DNA of 63,070 nt. It comes from a virus. Taxonomy: Duplodnaviria > Caudoviricetes. Position numbers and translations under genes: made by a program. The DNA lies in IMG/VR virus record IMGVR_UViG_3300038492_000082, positions 1 through 63,070 of that record. One strand, 5' to 3'. Under the pieces are notes generated by a model. It searched no databases. It was not told where the DNA came from and was given only the letters and a program-made list of their open reading frames with translations. Shown here piece by piece: positions 26,837-36,481 of this stretch (positions are counted from its first letter, which is position 1; every line of letters begins with the position of its first letter).

Positions 26837-28707
26837 CTCTTGTCCTTAAACTTTTTCATTCTTGCCCAAGACCGAGTCCCAATTTCCCCATCGGACAACA
26901 TGGGAAGACTGAACTTGACGTCCTCCATTGCCTCGCGCATGCGAACCATCTCTGCCCTAGCGTGTTCACGCGGTACGCTGGCAACTAGCTCGTCATGCAC
27001 CTGAAGAACGATGCGACCATGATTAATGTTCTGCGCGACGTTGATCATGCCGACTTTCGTGCAGTCTGCGGCACTGCCCTGAATCAGCGTGTTCAACATC
27101 TTGTACTCGTACGTCCGCTTTACTTTCCCTCCGTCTTCTGTCTCGAAATAGTTCGGCTCCTCGCAGTAGTACTCCCGACCTCCCCATGTGTAGAACGGCT
27201 CGTCGTTGTCGGCCAGTCTGCGCAGCATCTTCTGGAGCTTGCGTATTCCAGGCACCGCTTTCATGACACTGCCCTTGAGAATGCGCGCGGCCTTCGTCTC
27301 CAACTCCAGGCGATCGGCGAGCTTGCCAATGCCCATTCCGTAAATGATGCCGAAGTTCGTCTGCTTGATGTGCTTGCGCGGAAAGTCCATGCCAGTGTTC
27401 CGCTGTACCAACTCCTTGACCGCGTCGTGCGCGTCCATTGTCGGGTCTTCGTGGTACATGTCCAGGAACTGACCCTCCTCGAAGTGGGCCAGGATGCGCA
27501 ACTCCTGTTGACTGTAGTCGCGTCGTATGAAGACGCAGCCCTCGTCCGGCTCGAAGTAGTCGCGCAGACCTATGAACTCCACTCCCTGCTTCGCGAGCAG
27601 CTTGGTCAGCGCTTGGAGCGTTTTCCAGTGCGGCGACTCGTCAGTATTGTTGGGCACGTTTTGGAAGTTAGGGTCCGAAGAACTAAGTCGTCCAGTTCGC
27701 GTCCCCTTACTCTTACCACCACCGTACTCGTTCGTCGACCTAACCGTGTTGAAGTTTGGCTGGATGTACCTGTCATTGATCTCTCCGATGTCGATCCAGT
27801 TCTGTAGGAACGTGCCGATGTACGTCTGGCAAGTGTTGTAGAGCGCCAGCATCTCGATCAGCTTCTTGTCCGTGCAGTTCGCCTCCAACAGCGCGCGCTT
27901 CGTGCTGACCTTGCCTGTCGGCGTGCGCACGATCTTGGAAAGCAAGTCATTCTGGATCAGAGCCTCGGCCAACTGCGGCGAGCTACCGGGGTTCAGTCCC
28001 TTAACTCCCAAGCGTCGCTGAATAGCGCGCTCCATGTTGTCCTTGACCTTCTGGTACGCGCCGATCTCCTTCTTCAGCTTCGTCAGACGCACCTTGATGC
28101 CGGTCTGCTCCATGTCCAGCTTGATGGGTATCAGCGCCATCTCTCGCTCGTAGGCTTCGCGCATTCCGGCGCGCACCACTTCACCGTCCCACAACTTGTA
28201 GAGATCCAGCGTGCGCTGAACGTCGCCCTTTGCGTAGACGCCGGCGAGATCGCCAGGAGCGCGGCAGATGTACTCTCCCCACCGTGACTTCGCTCGCTTG
28301 ACCTCGGGTACGTTCTTCAATATCCAAGCCTTCAGCATGTCCTGTTCCTCGGCTGGCTGGTCTAGCCAGTACTCAGCCTGAGGCTTCAGCCCGAGATCCA
28401 TGCTTCGGGGTTCGTTGAGGAACGCGAGGCGCATCGTGTCGTGATACTCCCCCGTTACCTTGATGCCGTCCGCCTCCATGACCTCGAGATCGAAGTCCGC
28501 ATTGTGGAAGACCGGCGTGTGATCACGCAGCACCTTTTTCACATAGGTAACTGCCTCGTGCCGCGTGCAGTTGTTTCCCGTGGGGTGTCCGAACGCCAGA
28601 TACTTCTTGCTCCGTCCGTGCTTGACGGCGTAGCCGACGGCCTTCGGTGGGTAGACTGGACGCGATTGGATCGCCTCCGTCTCGGCGTCAATCGCTGCTA
28701 ACTTCAT
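26833..28707 (-). CDS. polA: DNA polymerase, family A, with 3'-5' exonuclease domain
   Basis: Exo motifs IDAET, HNADFD, YAKGD; TGRLSSSDPNFQN; motif A DYSQQELR; motif B KQTNFGIIYG; motif C VHDE. Confidence 0.95.
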   Translation of the reverse strand: MKLAAIDAETEAIQSRPVYPPKAVGYAVKHGRSKKYLAFGHPTGNNCTRHEAVTYVKKVLRDHTPVFHNADFDLEVMEADGIKVTGEYHDTMRLAFLNEPRSMDLGLKPQAEYWLDQPAEEQDMLKAWILKNVPEVKRAKSRWGEYICRAPGDLAGVYAKGDVQRTLDLYKLWDGEVVRAGMREAYEREMALIPIKLDMEQTGIKVRLTKLKKEIGAYQKVKDNMERAIQRRLGVKGLNPGSSPQLAEALIQNDLLSKIVRTPTGKVSTKRALLEANCTDKKLIEMLALYNTCQTYIGTFLQNWIDIGEINDRYIQPNFNTVRSTNEYGGGKSKGTRTGRLSSSDPNFQNVPNNTDESPHWKTLQALTKLLAKQGVEFIGLRDYFEPDEGCVFIRRDYSQQELRILAHFEEGQFLDMYHEDPTMDAHDAVKELVQRNTGMDFPRKHIKQTNFGIIYGMGIGKLADRLELETKAARILKGSVMKAVPGIRKLQKMLRRLADNDEPFYTWGGREYYCEEPNYFETEDGGKVKRTYEYKMLNTLIQGSAADCTKVGMINVAQNINHGRIVLQVHDELVASVPREHARAEMVRMREAMEDVKFSLPMLSDGEIGTRSWARMKKFKDKR

Positions 28708-28909
28708 CCAACTCTCTCCTCACCTCTTCCGCTGCTATACCGTTGTATCTTTGTGTTAGACGCTTCAGGAAAGACTTGCGCGGCTCCGCCCGTTCGTTCT
28801 CCAACTCCAGCGCAAACAGAACGTCTTCCTTAGTCATCTCGGACAGCGCCTCGTTCAGCGATGTCCAGTTGGCGACGGCACTTTTTACAAATTTCTTCCT
28901 AGCTTTCAT
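28688..28909 (-). CDS. Hypothetical protein
   Basis: GGAGG RBS; NW.SLNE.L..M...L..E....R pattern. Confidence 0.6.
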   Translation of the reverse strand: MKARKKFVKSAVANWTSLNEALSEMTKEDVLFALELENERAEPRKSFLKRLTQRYNGIAAEEVRRELDEVSSD

Positions 28910-28979
28910 GTGCCCTCCTGAGTTGAGACGGCCAGACTTCTCCGATTGGTCTGACCGCCCCAAATTTTTTCACAAGACT

Positions 28980-29246
28980 CTAGGTCGTAGACTTGTGAAC
29001 CTGACGATCCAGTTGCTGCGCCATCTGACGAAGATCCTGGGAGACTTGGCGCTTGCCCTTGCTCTCGTTCGGAATCGTCTTGCCGACGTAGCCAGCCTGA
29101 ATCAAGCTGTTCATGAAGTACACGATGCGATCGGCGTTCGGCGTGTACGGGACTTTGTCCTTCTTCTGCCGTCCGCCGCGCTTCGCAGCCGTTTTCTTCG
29201 TGGTCTTCTTACTGGCCTTCTTCTTGGCCGTCTTCTTTGTTGCCAT
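28980..29246 (-). CDS. Histone H1-like Lys-rich protein
   Basis: MATKKTAKKKASKKTTKK N-terminus; GAGGAGGAAGTA leader. Confidence 0.7.
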   Translation of the reverse strand: MATKKTAKKKASKKTTKKTAAKRGGRQKKDKVPYTPNADRIVYFMNSLIQAGYVGKTIPNESKGKRQVSQDLRQMAQQLDRQVHKSTT

Positions 29247-29412
29247 GTGATACTTCCTCCTCTACTGCTAGTGCTTCGAACTCCGGATCATCGTCCCATA
29301 AAACGGATACCGATTTCTCCAGTGCTCGATCCATTGCTTCATCCGCAGATTCAGCTTCGACCGACACGTACTGACACTCGGAGCGCCGGACGTATACTGA
29401 ATACCGCTTCAT
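29209..29412 (-). CDS. Small hypothetical protein
   Basis: VSVEAESADEA motif; ATGA coupling. Confidence 0.55.
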   Translation of the reverse strand: MKRYSVYVRRSECQYVSVEAESADEAMDRALEKSVSVLWDDDPEFEALAVEEEVSHGNKEDGQEEGQ

Positions 29413-30239
29413 GACAGTCGGCTGCGACGTCTCTTCTTCGCGACCTTCTTCTTGGTTTTCTTCTTGCTGGCCTTCTTCTTGGCCTTCTTCTTTCCGCGAC
29501 CCTTGGCTTCCTCACGGCCGGTCGTGTCGAACGGTTCCATGCACATCTCGCGTGCGGCCTTGCGCAAGTTCATCGCCGCGCCGAGTTGTTCCTCGGTGAC
29601 CTCATCCACCATCTCGAAGATGAGCTTCTGATAGTCAGCGTGGTCGTCCATCGTCAGGCGCGATACCACGGCGTACGACGGCAGTTCCGCAGCCTTCGTC
29701 AGCCCGGTGACGTACTTGTTGAACGCTGCGCCGCTGGTGACCGGAACCTCCAGCATGACGAGTTCGTCCAGTGCGTCAACGTGCAGGATGGCCAGACGGT
29801 TCTTGTCCGAGCACTTCTTCCCGCGACCGCGTCCACTTCCCCACTCGTTCGCCCAACACTCCGCGCACGTCTCAGACTGTACGTCTGGGCTGTCTGGATG
29901 AGGCGCAATGTTCTTCGCGCTAGGCTTCAGCGCAAAGCAAGCCGGAGGAACCGGATTGTCCTCGTCGTAGTCCTCGTCGTAGTACGTCTTCATCGCGACG
30001 TGGTCCACGATGATGCAGTCGATCGAGTCACCGATGTCTGCACCCTGGAACGAGAACTGCCCGTTCCGCTTCAGGCTGATACGATTGCCTGTCCCGGCCG
30101 GTGTACGCTCCGCCTCTTCCGCTGCATCCTCACGCAACTGCTCCTTCCAGTTCGCGGGCAATCCAACCTTCGACTTCGCGACGGCCTTGCTCCGGCTAGT
30201 CTTTTTCTTAGCCTTCTTCTTGGCTGTCTTTCTTACCAC
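29409..30239 (-). CDS. Putative single-stranded DNA-binding protein with basic tails
   Basis: YYDEDYDEDNP.PPACF, C.ECWANEWGS..G.GKKC...RLA, VPVTS motifs; location in the replication module. Confidence 0.65.
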   Translation of the reverse strand: MVRKTAKKKAKKKTSRSKAVAKSKVGLPANWKEQLREDAAEEAERTPAGTGNRISLKRNGQFSFQGADIGDSIDCIIVDHVAMKTYYDEDYDEDNPVPPACFALKPSAKNIAPHPDSPDVQSETCAECWANEWGSGRGRGKKCSDKNRLAILHVDALDELVMLEVPVTSGAAFNKYVTGLTKAAELPSYAVVSRLTMDDHADYQKLIFEMVDEVTEEQLGAAMNLRKAAREMCMEPFDTTGREEAKGRGKKKAKKKASKKKTKKKVAKKRRRSRLS

Positions 30240-30377
30240 TTGATTTTCTCCTTCTAGCTAGAAATTTCTCCGCGGCTACGAACTGACTGTAGTAACCGCG
30301 GATCTTGTTGGACGGCACTGTCACGATTCCCGTCGGAATGTTGACCGTCCGGTTCCTCCTCTTTAGTTTTATCCTCC

Positions 30378-30842
30378 TCATCGTTTCCTGGTGCGGAAGT
30401 GCTTACTGGTCGAGTGCGCAATGCCAGCAGACTCAGGCTTGAACCGTTTGTTGTTCGCCATGATCTCCTCGACCGCCGTTCCGCTAATCCTGTTAGTGAA
30501 GATCTCGAAGTTGCCAGTGCGCTTGACGTACCTGTCCAGTTTGCTGCGGTCCTGCACGTTGTAGTGATCGAGTTCCTGGAGGAACGCCGTGGCAGCTTCG
30601 CCGCGCGCACCCTCGATTCCCTCTTTCTCGTACTTGGCCCTCGCCTCAATCTCGACGCGCTCAAGGATTGCGTAGATGCGCTTCCGCACGTCTTCAAGTG
30701 CGCCGCGCCGTTGCTTCAATCCGTAGTGGATGTCCGCGAACCGCTGCACGCCACTCTTCGCAGTCTTGAGCTTCGCTATCGCAATGACCTCCTTGTCGAT
30801 CTGTTTGATCAGACCGTCAATCTTCTTCAGTCTTGCTTCCAT
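30378..30842 (-). CDS. Replication-module coiled-coil protein
   Basis: Conserved leader; position upstream of the SSB gene. Confidence 0.6.
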   Translation of the reverse strand: MEARLKKIDGLIKQIDKEVIAIAKLKTAKSGVQRFADIHYGLKQRRGALEDVRKRIYAILERVEIEARAKYEKEGIEGARGEAATAFLQELDHYNVQDRSKLDRYVKRTGNFEIFTNRISGTAVEEIMANNKRFKPESAGIAHSTSKHFRTRKR

Positions 30843-30866
30843 GGTACTTCCTCCTCGTCGTCATCA

Positions 30867-31175
30867 TCATGTAATGATGGCGTCCTTCTTCCGCCGATAC
30901 ACGAACAGAATCGGGACTGCCAGTATGTAACTGAGATACTCGAACCCGCGCGGAATCGTGTCGTCAACCTTGAGCACGACGACGTCCATGGGTTCGATCG
31001 GTAAATTCATGGGGGAGACTTCCGCGTAAACGTACATCTCCCCATTCGGCGGCGCGGCTCCCACGTGAACGATCTTCGCGTTCTGCGGTAAGTTCACGAC
31101 GCCCTGCATTCGGGACATCCCCGGCGTGTCAATTGGCTTGTCCGCCGGTAGCAGCGGGAATGCCTTAAGATCCAT
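30867..31175 (-). CDS. Hypothetical protein
   Basis: Coupled ORF with GGAGG RBS. Confidence 0.6.
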   Translation of the reverse strand: MDLKAFPLLPADKPIDTPGMSRMQGVVNLPQNAKIVHVGAAPPNGEMYVYAEVSPMNLPIEPMDVVVLKVDDTIPRGFEYLSYILAVPILFVYRRKKDAIIT

Positions 31176-31401
31176 CGTCTTCCTCCTTCGGCCATAGTTG
31201 GCGCATCAATATTTCGCTGGCAAGTTGTTCGTCCCGCCAGATGTCGTCTTCCCCCGGCACCAACACGGCGCACTGCGACCGGAGAACTACGCGATCGACG
31301 CTGACGTGAAGGTCATCGCCCTCACTGACGTCGCCGATGCGTATCTCCGTGTCGCGCGGCAGTGCCGCAAGCGCCAGGATTAAATCCCCGGCTGTCAGCA
31401 T
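31165..31401 (-). CDS. Hypothetical protein
   Basis: MLTAGDLILALAALPRD-type N-terminus. Confidence 0.55.
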   Translation of the reverse strand: MLTAGDLILALAALPRDTEIRIGDVSEGDDLHVSVDRVVLRSQCAVLVPGEDDIWRDEQLASEILMRQLWPKEEDDGS

Positions 31402-31676
31402 TCAGGATCTCCCATCTCAACGCGACACTTGACATAGCAGCAACGTCGGTCGCGGTCAACGTATGCTACCTCACCAGTGCGCAAGTTCGTCACGCACACT
31501 TTTCCGGCGTACTTGCGATCATCGGGCCGATAGCTGTGACACACGGCGTTGATGATGAACAGGTCGTCGGCTTCGTGCTTCTGGTGGAACGGATGCTCGA
31601 ACTGGATTGGAGTACCAGCCTTGAGCGATTCTACCGGAGCCCAGTCGCGCCACGGTTTAGCTTGAACAATTCTCAT
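31395..31676 (-). CDS. Hypothetical protein
   Basis: GGAGG RBS; ATGA coupling. Confidence 0.55.
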   Translation of the reverse strand: MRIVQAKPWRDWAPVESLKAGTPIQFEHPFHQKHEADDLFIINAVCHSYRPDDRKYAGKVCVTNLRTGEVAYVDRDRRCCYVKCRVEMGDPEC

Positions 31677-31954
31677 AGGTTATCCTCCAATGGAATGGCC
31701 ACATTGCTGAACGCTTTGCGAATCGCGAACGATGCGCGTCGTGCGTCCTGCTCCTTCCAGCCGTAGACGACCTTCAGTATGTGAAACACTTGCGTCGCCA
31801 GGAGGTCACCGAGATTGCCTTGACTGTCGGTGTCCGCCTTGCAGTAGCACTCCGCGAGTGCGAGCGCAGCTTCCCCGAGCTTCTGGCTGAAGTGTCCTTC
31901 CCGCGCCATCTCCTTGAGATAGTTGCCGGTCTTCGTCTGCGTTGGTCCGGCCAT
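31673..31954 (-). CDS. Hypothetical protein
   Basis: AGGAG RBS. Confidence 0.55.
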   Translation of the reverse strand: MAGPTQTKTGNYLKEMAREGHFSQKLGEAALALAECYCKADTDSQGNLGDLLATQVFHILKVVYGWKEQDARRASFAIRKAFSNVAIPLEDNL

Positions 31955-31955
31955 A

Positions 31956-32342
31956 TTATTTCTCCTGTAGTGGGCGAAGGAATCCTCCGGCGATCAGTTG
32001 CCCGATCACGGTACTGTCCAGACCCTGTTTGGATGTTTCCTTGCGCAGCATGTCGCGCGTCACCGTTCCGATGTCGTGCTTCGCCTCCAACTTCTCGAAA
32101 GTGAGCAGAATCTTCTCACGCGTGCTGCCTTTCTGCGCTGACTTGCCGGTCATCGTCAGGACTGTGCTACCCGGCATCCGGTTGTACTTCTTCGTCTTCG
32201 TTGCCGGATGCTTACCGCCCTCCTGATCTGGATGCGGTCGGTGCGTCAACTTCACGCTGTACCGCTTCGTTCCTACCTGCGCGATCAGCGCTCCCAATGC
32301 CCCATCGGGCACGTTCTTAAAAGTCACGTCGAACATAGTCAT
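31956..32342 (-). CDS. Hypothetical protein (possible DNA-binding)
   Basis: AGGAG RBS; basic. Confidence 0.55.
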   Translation of the reverse strand: MTMFDVTFKNVPDGALGALIAQVGTKRYSVKLTHRPHPDQEGGKHPATKTKKYNRMPGSTVLTMTGKSAQKGSTREKILLTFEKLEAKHDIGTVTRDMLRKETSKQGLDSTVIGQLIAGGFLRPLQEK

Positions 32343-32348
32343 CTCCTG

Positions 32349-32564
32349 TCATCGTTGTTTCTTGCGCTTGGGCGCGTGACGTGGGTTATCGATCATGAAC
32401 TCCATGCGCGACTGAAGCCGATCGATTAGCTCCAGCCGATGACGCTTGTCAGCTACCGAACGACCCCGCCAGTGCGCGAGTCCGCTGTAACACGCGGAGC
32501 ACACTCCGAGGTGATGATACTTGACATCGTTCTTGCAGTTGTCGATCATACATTTCTTAGCCAA
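32349..32564 (-). CDS. Small Cys-rich (Zn-finger-like) protein
   Basis: C....C...C..C; TTG start after the conserved 21-nt leader. Confidence 0.6.
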   Translation of the reverse strand: MAKKCMIDNCKNDVKYHHLGVCSACYSGLAHWRGRSVADKRHRLELIDRLQSRMEFMIDNPRHAPKRKKQR

Positions 32565-32589
32565 TGGTACTTCCTCCTCGTCGTCATCA

Positions 32590-32922
32590 TTAATCCGGCT
32601 TGCCGCCGTACATCGCCAGGAAGCTCCGGTCCGGATACTTCTCCATCCAGCGACGCTTGAACTCTTCGAACTGCTCGGCGGTTCCCATCGCCTCGTCGTT
32701 GAAGAATTCGATCCCCACTTCCCGCATCATGCCAGTCATCGCGCGCATCTCTATCTCGGCGAAGTTGGCTTGACGCAACCAGTTCCCCACCTTGATGGGG
32801 TTCATGTCCTCGCGAACGCGGTGAACACAACGCTTGCAGACCAGATGCTTTCGGTGATGCCAAGTCTGCAACGGCGTTCCGTCCTCCGAGCTTCTGTGAT
32901 CGCACACAAAGTTATCCGTCAT
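32590..32922 (-). CDS. Hypothetical protein
   Basis: GGAGG RBS. Confidence 0.5.
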   Translation of the reverse strand: MTDNFVCDHRSSEDGTPLQTWHHRKHLVCKRCVHRVREDMNPIKVGNWLRQANFAEIEMRAMTGMMREVGIEFFNDEAMGTAEQFEEFKRRWMEKYPDRSFLAMYGGKPD

Positions 32923-33235
32923 TGATCACCTCCGCTGTCACGGACTCGCCGGCTCGCGGCCGAGTGCATCCGACCTTGTGGTAGTTCTTACCAGGAGGAC
33001 TCGTCGCATTGCAGAAGCGACAAGTTCGGAACCGCTCTTCCGGCGGCTTCTCCTCCAAACCAAACTCGTAGGACAGGTCGTGCTCGCGCACAACTTCCAG
33101 CATCTCCGCACTGATCTTCTTCATGCGGCGGTCCCAATAGTTGTCCGTAATGCGCCACTCCCACTCGGCGCCGTCCGGTCCGATCAGCATCACGCGATAC
33201 TGAAGCGGAACGCTTGCCCTCTTCGCGCTACCCAT
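32912..33235 (-). CDS. Hypothetical protein with CxxC...H...C motif
   Basis: TGATG coupling to the upstream gene. Confidence 0.5.
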   Translation of the reverse strand: MGSAKRASVPLQYRVMLIGPDGAEWEWRITDNYWDRRMKKISAEMLEVVREHDLSYEFGLEEKPPEERFRTCRFCNATSPPGKNYHKVGCTRPRAGESVTAEVINDG

Positions 33236-33540
33236 CAGTCCAGCTTCGCGCCGACGAGAAGTATGGCACGACCGCAGATGGGCGTCGCGGGGAGTTGGCC
33301 CATGTTCACGATCGAGTGCGCGCCGTACAGCGCCGTCGCTTTCCAGTTGATGGGAAGGTCGTGGATCAGACCCTCCTCGTTAACGATCATGTCGCACGCG
33401 TCGCCATTGAATAGCACGTTCACGCGCTCGATGTATCCACCGACGTACTTCTGCATCTTCTCGAGAGTAGGAACGACGGAGAGCGCGAACTGCTCCGTCT
33501 TCGTTTCGCCCGTAGGCTCGATCCAGATTATGGTGCTCAT
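33235..33540 (-). CDS. DUF3846-like protein
   Basis: LEKMQKYVGGYIE...IVNEEG...LPIN..AT...ICG.AIL. Confidence 0.75.
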   Translation of the reverse strand: MSTIIWIEPTGETKTEQFALSVVPTLEKMQKYVGGYIERVNVLFNGDACDMIVNEEGLIHDLPINWKATALYGAHSIVNMGQLPATPICGRAILLVGAKLD

Positions 33541-33659
33541 CTCCACCTCCTCCGTATCGCCTCGGACGGTGCCGGTTGCCTGTCCTCCCATGCGTGGTAG
33601 TGCCGACGCAGGGCGAAGTAGACTATTGTCATGATAATCATCGTCGTCATGTCTGTCTC

Positions 33660-33965
33660 CTATCGTGGTTTGATCATGCCGGACTCAAGTCGCTCGGCAT
33701 TCGTTATCGGCGGTTCGCCGTCGTACTCGTCGTTCTCCGCAATGCAGATTCCGCAAGTGTCGCCGTCCTCCTGAACGTATGTGTCCTCGCAGCTAATACA
33801 GAGGGGGACGTACTCCAGTTCGTCGAACGGTCGGTCGCAGGACGGACACTTGGACTCGTACTCCGGCGGCTCCTCACGCGTGCCGTGAAAAACGCAGACG
33901 CTTTCCAGCTCGTCTATGCGCCCTTCCCAGCCGCACTCGCAACGCATTCTCTCCTCGTTAATCAT
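33660..33965 (-). CDS. Multi-Zn-finger small protein
   Basis: CEC, CPSC, CISC and CGIC motifs. Confidence 0.6.
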   Translation of the reverse strand: MINEERMRCECGWEGRIDELESVCVFHGTREEPPEYESKCPSCDRPFDELEYVPLCISCEDTYVQEDGDTCGICIAENDEYDGEPPITNAERLESGMIKPR

Positions 33966-34239
33966 TGGCGGCTTCCTCCTGCTCAAGCGGCGGGACGAAG
34001 ACACCCTCACGCGTCTCGTTCTCGATCTGCGTGCTGATCGGGTTGACTTCGCGGAAGCTCGCGTTGATGAAGTCAGCGTTCACGGTTTGGAATCGGCGCC
34101 GATCGAAGACCAGACGGATCTCCTCCGTGCCGTAGTTGATGGCCGCTATGCGCGCCCGTTCCTTGTCCGTCGTCTCGACGGCGTCGCCCTGCTTCAGAAC
34201 CTTCAGGCGGTTGTCATCTACCAATGTTTTCATCGTCAT
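33958..34239 (-). CDS. Hypothetical protein
   Basis: GAGGA RBS. Confidence 0.55.
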   Translation of the reverse strand: MTMKTLVDDNRLKVLKQGDAVETTDKERARIAAINYGTEEIRLVFDRRRFQTVNADFINASFREVNPISTQIENETREGVFVPPLEQEEAAND

Positions 34240-34265
34240 TAATCCTCATCGTTATTGGTGACTCA

Positions 34266-34424
34266 TTACTGTTCCTCAACAAAGATACTGAGGTCGCCCT
34301 CTTCTCCTTCGTCCCAATCTGTAATCTTCAATTCGCGGAAGTCTTTGCCTCCGCCCGTGAACACGCGCAGTTCTGCGTTCTCTTGCATGCCGCGCATGAA
34401 TTCCTCAAGTTGTTTCAATGTCAT
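34266..34424 (-). CDS. 52-aa hypothetical protein (below the ORF-track size cutoff)
   Basis: MTLKQLEEFMRGMQENAELRV...; GAGGAG RBS. Confidence 0.6.
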   Translation of the reverse strand: MTLKQLEEFMRGMQENAELRVFTGGGKDFRELKITDWDEGEEGDLSIFVEEQ

Positions 34425-34825
34425 CGTTATCTCCTCGTCATCATAAGGAAGCGATCGCTTCTGAGAGCGGCCGACCCGACGATGGCCCTCGGTTCCGGAT
34501 ACCGCAAGTCCATCGGTGGTGTTCGGTCAGCCGCTCACAGGAACGATCGCAACTCGTTCCGCACCTCGCTAGTACATTCTGCGGATCACGATTCAACGGT
34601 CCGCGCTTTCCATCTTCGCAAGATGCACCGGGCTTCTGGTTCCCGGTTCAGTAATTCTCAGCGCTTTGCCCTTGCTACCGTGTAGCCGTCTCGCCGCGCT
34701 GCGGCCTACTGTCCGACAATATGCCTTGCCGTTCGGCTTCCTGATGTGACCGGCGGATTTCTGACCGGACTGCCTGCCCCGTTTGCCTTGCCGGGACTTG
34801 TGCCCTGTGGCGGTTGCTGACAGCC

Positions 34826-34862
34826 CGTATATAATAAGGTGTATTGCGGTCGCACAACAAGC
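34826..34862 (-). promoter_or_regulatory. Putative sigma70-like early promoter
   Basis: Minus strand TTGTTG-N18-TATTAT in an AT-rich patch at the head of a ~400-nt non-coding leader. Confidence 0.4.
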
Positions 34863-35180
34863 CGTATTGCCAACTAAATTGATCGCAGAATCAGGCACTT
34901 ACGACGGATTCCCAGAAATGAGTACTCCATACGTCAGTTTTGCTGACCTACAGGCTCCTGTGATCACTTTTTAGACAGCTCGTTCCAGCGTTCCCGTAGG
35001 GCTGCAAACGTGCTGAATTCCTCGTCTCCTGTCAGTTCACTCATGAACGTGCGCACGAATTGACTCCGACGATCTTCACGCACTGCGGTACACGTCACTC
35101 GGAACTCCTTGTTCTCGTGGATCTGCAACTTGTACCCGCGCGCTCCGTCGCCGAACAGCACCGCGACGAAGTTCAATGAC

Positions 35181-35450
35181 TCAGGCATCGTCGAGCGTGG
35201 CGTCGTAGGCGTCGTCGTCTTGGCACCAGAGCGTTTTCGTTTGTCCGTCATGGCCGTGCAGCGCCTCCATATCTTCGACCGTCGCATAGATGTTGATGCT
35301 GGCGTAGTCTGTCAGCCAGTGAACAACGCAACGACCGTCACTCAGTAGCGCTCCCTCCGCCACTATCCCCGTCCCCGAGATCCCCGTCGGATCCTGCTCT
35401 CTTTTCAACAGGAATCTCCTCAGTTGACTTATGCCAGTTCCCGCGTGCAT
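35181..35450 (-). CDS. Conserved-looking phage hypothetical protein
   Basis: D.TGISGTG.VAEG...SDGR.VVHW...HGH.G.T motif. Confidence 0.65.
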   Translation of the reverse strand: MHAGTGISQLRRFLLKREQDPTGISGTGIVAEGALLSDGRCVVHWLTDYASINIYATVEDMEALHGHDGQTKTLWCQDDDAYDATLDDA

Positions 35451-35539
35451 CTTGATGTTCTCCTTCGTGTCCCTTTTCCTTGACGCAGTGGACGTGATGC
35501 GCGTCTGCCCGGTACTTCGCCGAGCACTGTTCTACGATT

Positions 35540-35812
35540 TCACCCTCTGTGTTTCTTGTCACCAAACTTCTCCTCATACCACGGTTGAAAGTTGTCGCGG
35601 ATGAAGTGCTCGAAGAACACCTCGGCACTCCGCTCCGCGTTGCCCTCGAACTTCATCGTCTCCTCCGCCTCGTCGAACTCCAGCTTGCCGATCATCTCCC
35701 CACGACTGTTGTGAAACGAGACGTTGAACTTGGGAGGGGTCAGCTCCATCACCTTCGTGGGCTGATGATCCCCCTTGGGCTGAAGGAAGATGTCGTCGTC
35801 ATCTTGGCTCAT
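35540..35812 (-). CDS. Hypothetical protein
   Basis: IGKL...MKFEGNA..SA..FF motif. Confidence 0.6.
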   Translation of the reverse strand: MSQDDDDIFLQPKGDHQPTKVMELTPPKFNVSFHNSRGEMIGKLEFDEAEETMKFEGNAERSAEVFFEHFIRDNFQPWYEEKFGDKKHRG

Positions 35813-35974
35813 GGCGCTTCCTCATCCGCGCGTCCACCGCTGGCCAAACTTCGCACTCCAGGCGGAAGATGCGCTTGGTATGGTGCTTGATGCTGGACGT
35901 GTTGACCACCGCCGTCAGCAGCGTGCCGACCATGAAGAAGAACTGGCACAGTTCCCACAGAAATTCCCACATGA

Positions 35975-36481
35975 TTACTCCTCCCGAGTCTCCTCAGTCT
36001 TGCTCACTGGCACGCCAGTCACGTCCGGCTCTCGTCCGGTGCCGTACTGTCTATTCCCGTACTGGTCAACCTGATCCGGCGTGCCGGGTATGGCGACGAG
36101 TTCCTGGCCGAGCACGCTGCTCTTGATTACCGCGTTGCGGAACACGAGTCCGAACATATTCTGGTGATCGGCTACGCGCATCTCCGCGCACTCCAACTTC
36201 ACCTGTCTGTCTCGGTGCTCCTGCTCCTTGGCGCGGCACGCCTCCTCGCGCTCCTTGACGCCGTTCTGAATCTCGGCGTAGTTGTGGTTCTGCTCGGTCA
36301 GGCTCTTCACCTGCTCCTCCAGATCCTGGATGCGCTTGACCTTGACGGCTACGTCCTTCTGCAGATTCTCGTTGTCCACGAGCAATCCGTTGAACTGCTC
36401 CACCGCACTCTTGCTCAGGGTGCCGTCGATCGCAGCCTTCTGAATCAGCTTGCCAAGTTCCTCGTTCAATTGTTCACTCAT
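35975..36481 (-). CDS. Coiled-coil hypothetical protein
   Basis: AGGAGGAAGTG leader; heptad pattern. Confidence 0.65.
   Translation of the reverse strand: MSEQLNEELGKLIQKAAIDGTLSKSAVEQFNGLLVDNENLQKDVAVKVKRIQDLEEQVKSLTEQNHNYAEIQNGVKEREEACRAKEQEHRDRQVKLECAEMRVADHQNMFGLVFRNAVIKSSVLGQELVAIPGTPDQVDQYGNRQYGTGREPDVTGVPVSKTEETREE

Noticed and set aside
34455..34550. Hammerhead ribozyme in the long hairpin
   Set aside because: CTGAGAG and CTGTGAG do not match the CUGANGA core, and there is no correctly placed GAAA or three-way junction.
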